Source of the DNA: Candidatus Sumerlaeaceae bacterium
Lineage (GTDB): Bacteria; Sumerlaeota; Sumerlaeia; Sumerlaeales; Sumerlaeaceae
Direction of reading: 5' to 3'
NCBI GenBank assembly: GCA_051003195.1
Contig: JBPCLP010000025.1
Span: forward strand, 1 to 64,000
DNA length: 64,000 bases
Below the pieces are notes generated by a model. It searched no databases and was not told the origin of the DNA. It saw only the letters and a program-made list of their open reading frames with translations. The stretch's first letter is position 1. Every line of letters starts with the position of its first letter. The position numbers and the translations under genes are program-made. Shown piece by piece: positions 57,565 through 64,000 of the stretch.

Positions 57565-60500
57565 TTGCCCGTAGGCAATCTCTATGAGCACCTCATGACA
57601 GGTCCATATCACAAGTCTGTTCTGCCAAACGCCGGTATAAACGCCGATCGGCTACTCGAAACACTTTTCGATAGTGTGCGTGATGGAGTAGCAATTACCG
57701 ACGACCAGGGGCGGATCATCTGCTGCAACGCTGCGCTAGCCATGCTCGGGCAGCGGCCTATCAGCGACATTATTGGACATACGCCCGCGGAATTGTGGAA
57801 ATCCGTTGGCAATCAAGGTGAGACATCCGGAGAGACGACGGCTCGCGAGGACATTATCGAGCGGCCGGACGGCTCCCGTCGAACCGTTGCCGTCCGGTGC
57901 TACGAGTTAGGCGGGGAGCCTGCCGCAACGGCCGTCCTGTATCGAGACATTACACACCTGAAGCTGCTGGAGCGACGCGGCCGCGAGTCCGATAAGCAGT
58001 ATAAGTTATTGCTGGAACACGTGAATGATGGAATTCTGATCACACAAAATGACACCATTGTTTACGCGAATTCGCACCTATCGCAAATGCTTGGCTGCCA
58101 TCCGGCTGAGCTGGCGCTTCTGAATCGCAAAGACCTTGGATACAGTGGCGGCGAAAGCGACAGCAGCGAGAGCCGATTTGAGACGATCTTTACACGGAAG
58201 GACGGCTCGACGATCGATGTAGAAATCGTGAAGTCGGCTGGCTACTACGCAGAGGAAGCTGCGGTATTTGAAGTGGTGCGCGACATCACGAGGCGACGCC
58301 GTATTGAGCGTCGATCGTCGGTGCTGTTGCCTCTCGGACAACGTCTGAATCTCGCGAGCACCGATAAGGAAGTGGCGCGCGTTACACTCCAGGCTGCGCA
58401 GGAGTTGATCGGATGGCATTCCAGCACGCTGGAACTCATGGAGCATCCGAACAGTCACATTCTGCATCCGGTCATCTTCTTCGATACGATAAACGGCGAG
58501 ATCACTGAAGTGCCACCCCCGACGCAGGCTTGTCGCGTGGACTCGCTTGCCGCACGTGCGTTACAGCAGGGACCGCTGCGTATAAACCGTAAGCCCGATG
58601 AGACTGCTGAAGGTTACCGGGCATTTGGCGACACCAGCCGGCGTTCGATGTCATTGATGTTTGTGCCAATCCGCGGTGGTGACGATACTGTAGGTGTTAT
58701 GTCGGTGCAGTGCTATGATGCAGATTCATACACCGATGAGGACCTGGAAGCCTTGCAGGCACTGGCCGAGCATTGCAGTGGCGCACTGCAGCGTACCGTC
58801 GCGCTGGCAAGCTTGCGATCGAGCGAGCAGCGGTACCGGCAGATGTTCGAGAAGAACCTGGCGATCAAACTGGTGCTGGAACCGGGGACGACGCAAGTTG
58901 TCGATGCCAACCCGGCGGCGTGTCGATACTACGGCTACTCGCTGGAACAGCTGAAAAACATGCGATTTTCCGACGTTACGGTTTCGGAGCACGTGGAGAT
59001 GTTCAGCCATTTCAATGATGCAATGGCTGAGCAACAAGCCGTTTTTACTGCAAAGCATCGGCTATCATCAGGCGTTCGCAGAACGGTCGAGATTTCAGCA
59101 AGTCCACTTGAAGTAAACGGACGCACGTTGCTGCATACGATTCTACACGACGTGACCGAACGCGAACGTGCGGTCGCGCAGGTCGAAGCGCTGGCTGAAT
59201 TGGGCCAGAGGCTGAATAGCGCCCTGAGTTCAATTGAGGCAGGCCGCATCCTCGTTGATGTTGCGGATAAACTGATTGGCTGGGATGCTTGTTTCGTCGA
59301 CCTGTTTGCGTCGGACGTGGACCAGAACGCGATGAAGCCGGGTCATCTACTGTTGCCGGTTGTTCATATCGACAATGTGCGGGGTCAGCGCCAGGAAGTG
59401 GCGCCTCTAAATTCCGTGCTTCCAGCTACGTCTATCAGCTACAGGGTACTCCAGGAAGGCGCTTACATGATTTTGCGCAGTCCAGGGGAGATGAAGCTGC
59501 GGCCAGGGCAGATGTTCGGCGATTCCGGTCGTCCGTCTGCATCGCTGATGTACGTTCCAATCCGAGGGACAGCCGGTGTGCTTGGAGTCCTTTCGATCCA
59601 GAGTTACAAATTCAACGCGTATACAGCGTCCGATCTCCAGATGCTGCAATCGCTTGCTGATCATTGTGGTGGTGCTCTGGAGCGCACGCGCGCTGAAGAA
59701 CAGGTGCGGCTGCTGGAAAGCGCGGTTCGCCTGTCGAGCGACATGGTAATCATTACGGCGGCCGATCCAGGCAGCCCGACCGGCACACGCATTGTGTTTG
59801 CGAACGATGCCGTGTGCCAGGCCACCGGGTATTTGCGCGAGGAATTAATGGGGCAGTCGCTTGCAATTCTGCAAGGACCGGATACCGACCGTGAAGTGCT
59901 TGCGCAGATGCGAGACGCGCTGCAGGCGGGCAGCGCAATCACGGTCGAGCTGACGAATTACAAAAAAGACGGCACAAAGTACGTGGTCGAATTCTCGGCT
60001 TACAGTATCTCGGACGATTATGGCCGCCCGCGTTATTTCGTCTCGGTGCAGCGCGACATTACCGCCCGCAAACGCACTGAACATGAGCTTGTACACCGGG
60101 CGTTCCATGATCCGCTCACAGGGCTGGCAAACCGCGCCCTGTTATTCGAGCGGCTCGAGCACATCCTCGCGCGATCCAGCCGCAGTAGCGAACGTTTTGC
60201 CGTGCTGTTCCTGGACCTCGATGGATTCAAGGCAGTGAATGATCAGTTTGGCCACGACGTTGGTGACCTGCTCCTGGTTTCGGTCGCCCGCCGGCTTGAG
60301 ACATGTGTGCGCCCCGGAGACACGGTGGCCCGACTCGGCGGCGACGAGTTCGTGATCCTGCTGGAAGGCGTGGAAAGCAACAATGACGCAAAGTGCGTCG
60401 GGGATCGTGTGCTGGAGGTGTTCAATACCAGCCATGAAGTCGGCGGACATACGCTGATGTGCGGCGCAAGCATTGGAATTGCGCAGCAGCCGCAAGGGCG

Positions 60501-60615
60501 CACGACTCCCACCGAAGTCCTCAAGCTGGCTGACAATGCGCTCTATAGCGCGAAAGCCAGGGGCAAAAAGCGCTACGAAATGTTCGGAGAACCTTTAAGC
60601 CCGCTGGCTGATTAA
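57565..60615 (+). CDS. PAS/GAF sensor diguanylate cyclase (PAS-PAS-GAF-PAS-GAF-PAS-GGDEF)
   Basis: HDPLTGLANR, DLDGFK.VND..GH..GD, RLGGDEF intact; duplicated GAF (S.MFVPIRG...GV.S.Q.Y); start uncertain. Confidence 0.93.
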   Translation: MPVGNLYEHLMTGPYHKSVLPNAGINADRLLETLFDSVRDGVAITDDQGRIICCNAALAMLGQRPISDIIGHTPAELWKSVGNQGETSGETTAREDIIERPDGSRRTVAVRCYELGGEPAATAVLYRDITHLKLLERRGRESDKQYKLLLEHVNDGILITQNDTIVYANSHLSQMLGCHPAELALLNRKDLGYSGGESDSSESRFETIFTRKDGSTIDVEIVKSAGYYAEEAAVFEVVRDITRRRRIERRSSVLLPLGQRLNLASTDKEVARVTLQAAQELIGWHSSTLELMEHPNSHILHPVIFFDTINGEITEVPPPTQACRVDSLAARALQQGPLRINRKPDETAEGYRAFGDTSRRSMSLMFVPIRGGDDTVGVMSVQCYDADSYTDEDLEALQALAEHCSGALQRTVALASLRSSEQRYRQMFEKNLAIKLVLEPGTTQVVDANPAACRYYGYSLEQLKNMRFSDVTVSEHVEMFSHFNDAMAEQQAVFTAKHRLSSGVRRTVEISASPLEVNGRTLLHTILHDVTERERAVAQVEALAELGQRLNSALSSIEAGRILVDVADKLIGWDACFVDLFASDVDQNAMKPGHLLLPVVHIDNVRGQRQEVAPLNSVLPATSISYRVLQEGAYMILRSPGEMKLRPGQMFGDSGRPSASLMYVPIRGTAGVLGVLSIQSYKFNAYTASDLQMLQSLADHCGGALERTRAEEQVRLLESAVRLSSDMVIITAADPGSPTGTRIVFANDAVCQATGYLREELMGQSLAILQGPDTDREVLAQMRDALQAGSAITVELTNYKKDGTKYVVEFSAYSISDDYGRPRYFVSVQRDITARKRTEHELVHRAFHDPLTGLANRALLFERLEHILARSSRSSERFAVLFLDLDGFKAVNDQFGHDVGDLLLVSVARRLETCVRPGDTVARLGGDEFVILLEGVESNNDAKCVGDRVLEVFNTSHEVGGHTLMCGASIGIAQQPQGRTTPTEVLKLADNALYSAKARGKKRYEMFGEPLSPLAD

Positions 60616-61214
60616 ACTGCGTCGGCAGGCCGTCGATACAGCCCATGCTCTTCAATATATTCGCGGACTGCTGCCGGCAGCGCAGAGCCGACATCCGTCC
60701 CTGCTGCTAAATTCTCACGCAGGTCGGAACTACTCACATCCGGCAGGTAGCAGCGCGACATTACCTTGCTGCCAAGCGGCTGCCCATCCTGAAGCCGCGG
60801 AATAACAAGTAGAGGCGCCAGCTCTTTTACCTCGTCGAAAGCCCGCCACTTCTGCGCCTCCTGCAAGATGTCACTGCCGATAATTAACCGCAACTGCACC
60901 GCCGGGTTCGCGTTGCGCAGCGCGCGCAAGGTATCTACCGTGTAGCTCAGGCCGCCCCGCGTTTCCTCCGCACGCGACACCTCCACAAAGGACCGTACGT
61001 GAGCGAAGGCGAGCTGGCACATTGCAACGCGATGCTCAAACGACTCCAGCGATTTACCGAACGGGTGCTGGTAGCTTGGAATTACCAGCACCTTGTCCAG
61101 CGCCCACACGGACAGCGCGAAGTGACATGCCAGAACATGTCCGATGTGAGGCGGATTAAAGCTCCCGCCAAACACACCCCATACGGGCGATTGCCGCTCA
61201 TCAGTGGCAGTCAC
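60612..61214 (-). CDS. nadD: Nicotinate-nucleotide adenylyltransferase
   Basis: GGSFNPPHIGH, SYTVDTL, IIGSD, VSSS.LR, V..YI...GLY. Confidence 0.94.
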   Translation of the reverse strand: MTATDERQSPVWGVFGGSFNPPHIGHVLACHFALSVWALDKVLVIPSYQHPFGKSLESFEHRVAMCQLAFAHVRSFVEVSRAEETRGGLSYTVDTLRALRNANPAVQLRLIIGSDILQEAQKWRAFDEVKELAPLLVIPRLQDGQPLGSKVMSRCYLPDVSSSDLRENLAAGTDVGSALPAAVREYIEEHGLYRRPADAV

Positions 61215-62233
61215 ACTGTACGTCCCGCAAGATACTCGGTCACTTCCCAGAGCTGCGAACGCAGTGCGTCGGGCAGCACCTGTAATGCGGCCAATGCGTT
61301 TTTGGTCAGCTCACCGCAACGCGCGTCTGCTGCCTGCATGGCTCCGCACAATTCAAACAACTGAAGCGCCTCCTGAACGTGCTCAGGCGTCGTCTCATCG
61401 CGAGGGAGATTCAATATCGACAGTAGCTGCGCCCCAACGGCGGGATCCGCATGTTCAAGTGTGTGTGCCACAAGAAAGCTGCGTTTGCCTTCGCGAATGT
61501 CCGAACCAATGGCCTCCCGCCCCTTGCCGTGGGTCAGATCGATAACATCGTCACGAATCTGAAACATCGGCCCAATCATCAGCCCAAATGTGGCCAGCGC
61601 GGCAGTTTGCCCGACAGTAGCATCCGCCGCAATTGCGCCGGCGATGAGCGGAGCGGCAAGGTAGTGGCCGGTTTTCTCGGTCACGAGGTGCATGTACTCT
61701 GCCGTGGTGATCCGCTGGTGGCGTGCATTCATATCCAGCGCCTGGCCGCGGTGCGTGTGGTCCAGTGTCGAGCGCATCAGCTCAAACATGCGCACCGTCC
61801 GTTCCGGCGGCGCCTCAAACTCATCAAGTAACAGTGCCTGAAATATCTTGGTGAACAGGTAGTCGCCGATATTGATTCCATGCGGCAGTCCGAAGCGCTT
61901 CCAGACGGCCGGTCTACCCCGTCGAAACTCATCACCGTCTTCGATATCGTCATGGACGAGGCAGAAATTATGCATCAGCTCGATTGCGGCGGCGAATGGA
62001 AGGGCGGGGCGGGACGCTCCAGACAGGGCCTGGCACACAAGCAGGCATAGCAGCGGTCGGATCCGTTTACCGGTATTGATCGCGTCAGGGTCGAGCCCAA
62101 GGGCATAAGCGGTTCCATCGTCGAGGTTCTCTATTGCCTCGCCGGTTGGCGTGATGATTTTACGAAGGACATCGTCAACATCCTGTTGCGCCTGCACAAA
62201 AAAGGCTTCGAGTTCGGGTGAAAGGCGATTCAT
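61211..62233 (-). CDS. Polyprenyl (GGPP/FPP-type) diphosphate synthase
   Basis: GKRIRP, LVHDDIEDGDEFRRG, GQALD, KT, FQIRDD, DIREGK. Confidence 0.94.
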   Translation of the reverse strand: MNRLSPELEAFFVQAQQDVDDVLRKIITPTGEAIENLDDGTAYALGLDPDAINTGKRIRPLLCLLVCQALSGASRPALPFAAAIELMHNFCLVHDDIEDGDEFRRGRPAVWKRFGLPHGINIGDYLFTKIFQALLLDEFEAPPERTVRMFELMRSTLDHTHRGQALDMNARHQRITTAEYMHLVTEKTGHYLAAPLIAGAIAADATVGQTAALATFGLMIGPMFQIRDDVIDLTHGKGREAIGSDIREGKRSFLVAHTLEHADPAVGAQLLSILNLPRDETTPEHVQEALQLFELCGAMQAADARCGELTKNALAALQVLPDALRSQLWEVTEYLAGRTV

Positions 62234-62256
62234 AGGAAGGTATTAGTGGGGCTCTA

Positions 62257-63090
62257 TTGAAACCGGGGAACAAAAAAGTGAAGCGGGCAGAGCCAAATCG
62301 TAGCCCCGGGCGCGCGACGCGACAGCGCACTTCGAAACGCCAGGCGCCGGAGTCGTCCGAACCTGTCCGTCTGCAGAAGTACATGGCCGATTGCGGACTG
62401 GCGAGCCGCCGGAAATCGGAGGAGCTGATCGCAGCGGGCCGCGTGCGCGTGAATGGCAAGGTCGTGAAAGAGCTCGGGACGAAAATCGTTCCGCGGACCG
62501 ACAAAATAACTGTCGATGGAAACGTGGTACGGGACCGCTCGCATGGTCGCCTTGCTTACTATGTAATGAACAAGCCGCGTGGGTTCCTGGTGACGGCGAA
62601 CGACCCCGAGCGACGCAAAACTATCTACGACCTTTTGACGGATGTGAAAGAACGTGTGGTACCCGTTGGGCGGCTGGACAGGGATTCAGAGGGTCTGTTA
62701 CTGCTGACGAACGATGGCGATCTCGCGTATCGGCTCATGCACCCCAAGTACAAGGTAGAGAAAGAGTACGAAGTACGCCTGAACGGGCGCGTGCATCCCG
62801 GCAAAGTTGCAAATCTGCGCGAAGGCGTAGAAATTGAAAGCGGCAAGACGCAGGCTGCACAGGTGCAGGTGCTGGATGAAAACGAAAACGGCACCCGCCT
62901 GGCCATCATTATAACAGAAGGCCGCAAGCGCCAGATTCGCCAGATGTGCGAAGCGCTGGGGTTCGAAGTGCGCCGGTTATTCCGTGTGCGCGAAGGTAAG
63001 ATTGTACTGGGACGGCTGCGGCCCGGGCAGCATCGAAAACTTACCGAGCAGGAAGTGCGACAGTTAAGAAAAGATGTCGGGCTGGAATGA
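62257..63090 (+). CDS. rluB: rRNA pseudouridine synthase (RluB/RsuA family)
   Basis: S4 domain RLQK..A..G.ASRR; NKPRG; VGRLDRDSEGLLLLTNDG; EGRKRQIR.M. Confidence 0.88.
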   Translation: MKPGNKKVKRAEPNRSPGRATRQRTSKRQAPESSEPVRLQKYMADCGLASRRKSEELIAAGRVRVNGKVVKELGTKIVPRTDKITVDGNVVRDRSHGRLAYYVMNKPRGFLVTANDPERRKTIYDLLTDVKERVVPVGRLDRDSEGLLLLTNDGDLAYRLMHPKYKVEKEYEVRLNGRVHPGKVANLREGVEIESGKTQAAQVQVLDENENGTRLAIIITEGRKRQIRQMCEALGFEVRRLFRVREGKIVLGRLRPGQHRKLTEQEVRQLRKDVGLE

Positions 63091-63171
63091 GCGGCAACGG
63101 CTAATTGTTCGTACTGCTTAAGTCCAACCTGGATGCTCCGCGCTCGCGACTTATTGCGGCGTCACCCCGCA

Positions 63172-64000
63172 TTATTGCTGCTGTTGCTGTTGCTGCTGCA
63201 TCTGACGGTGGTGATCGATACGCGCCGACACAGACTCGGCGTTTTGGGCTGGTGACCAGACGCTGACACCCACTGGCTTTATCTCGACAACAGGCGCATC
63301 CGCTGGTGCTACCTGCACAGCAACACTGAGTTCGCTGGTCGCGCTGCCCTTGTGCACACCGCGGGTGGGCGGCACATCGGAGTAGTCGCGTCCTACGGCA
63401 ACGCGTATGTGCCGCTCAGCGGCGACCAGGTTGTTGGTGGGGTCAAACCCTACCCAGCCCAGCCGCGGCAGGTAGCCTTCTACCCATGCATGGGTGGCGT
63501 CGACAGCAGAACGGTCGTTGGCATCTTCGCGATGAAACAGATAGCCGCTGACGTAACGCGAAGGAATCCGCAGGAGCTGACGCATGATTGTCAGCATGAC
63601 GTGCGCGTAATCCTGGCACACGCCAGACAGGCACGTCAGTGCATCGTCGATCGTCGAGTCCACCTGCGTCGCCTGCGGCTCGTAAGCAAACCGGTCATAG
63701 ATGGCTGTGTTCAACTGCCTGAGCACGGTAAGCGGATCATCGCGCCGGACCATATTGAGCTCTTTGCCCAGTTCGATAAGCAACGTCGTCGCATGGGTGA
63801 ATCGGCTCGGCATCAGCATTTCGTAAAGATCCTCTTCGTCGACTGCGGCATCGAGTTCATCCCATGCGGACTCCGGCAGACGCTCCTGTATTTCGGGGAA
63901 GGGCATCACTTCGACAAGCGACTTTGCGGCAATGATGAGTTGTCCGTGTGGTTTGGGAACATCAAAGTGGTGAACGATATTGCCGAAGTGATCCGGGTGG
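63172..64000 (-). CDS. Transglutaminase-like protein (5' end beyond window) with poly-Q C-terminus
   Basis: GVCQDYAH, RYVSGY, HAWVE, GFDPTN, GRDY.DV.P; frame open to window edge. Confidence 0.92.
   Translation of the reverse strand, partial: HPDHFGNIVHHFDVPKPHGQLIIAAKSLVEVMPFPEIQERLPESAWDELDAAVDEEDLYEMLMPSRFTHATTLLIELGKELNMVRRDDPLTVLRQLNTAIYDRFAYEPQATQVDSTIDDALTCLSGVCQDYAHVMLTIMRQLLRIPSRYVSGYLFHREDANDRSAVDATHAWVEGYLPRLGWVGFDPTNNLVAAERHIRVAVGRDYSDVPPTRGVHKGSATSELSVAVQVAPADAPVVEIKPVGVSVWSPAQNAESVSARIDHHRQMQQQQQQQQ

Noticed and set aside
63172..63205. Poly-Q C-terminus as a contingency repeat
   Set aside because: Mixed CAG/CAA codons, and Q-rich tails are usual in this transglutaminase family

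Overview
Bacterial chromosomal window, GC-rich by eye. The lineage is most likely Candidatus Sumerlaeota (BRC1). This is inferred from two N-methylation 'pilin-like' proteins ending in YD(P/S)TNGTxSxG(D/S)I and from secreted proteins ending in WxL(Y/F) or VPVxVSxF tails. Bases 1-8.5 kb form an accessory island bounded by ~170-bp inverted repeats. It holds hypothetical genes, an intact REP-associated tyrosine transposase (RAYT) with 25-bp terminal IRs, a Kelch-repeat secreted protein, a decayed RAYT copy and a RhuM-family gene. The rest is heavily shuffled housekeeping genes (cdaA-ybbR, PTPS-folE, glgC, stand-alone rpsG, serA, rbfA, metB-like, polA, nadD, rluB) mixed with secreted glycan enzymes, signalling genes and many REP/MITE-like repeats. 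Four observations stand out. (1) Two separate PIN toxin-antitoxin pairs are each followed by a duplicate of the 3' end of the host gene just upstream (rpsG and a Kdo hydroxylase), with synonymous differences and no integrase, which looks like an integrase-free gene-end-replacement cassette. (2) Unrelated secreted proteins share a short aromatic C-terminal tail, a candidate lineage-specific sorting signal. (3) A lone phage-type recombination-like gene sits under a perfect GAAC-N4-GTTC (LexA-like) box. (4) A 37-bp site and a RAYT end are shared between the 0-8.5 kb island and a scar at 52.6 kb. No rRNA, tRNA or CRISPR array was recognised. Product calls come from motif recognition by eye, not database searches.
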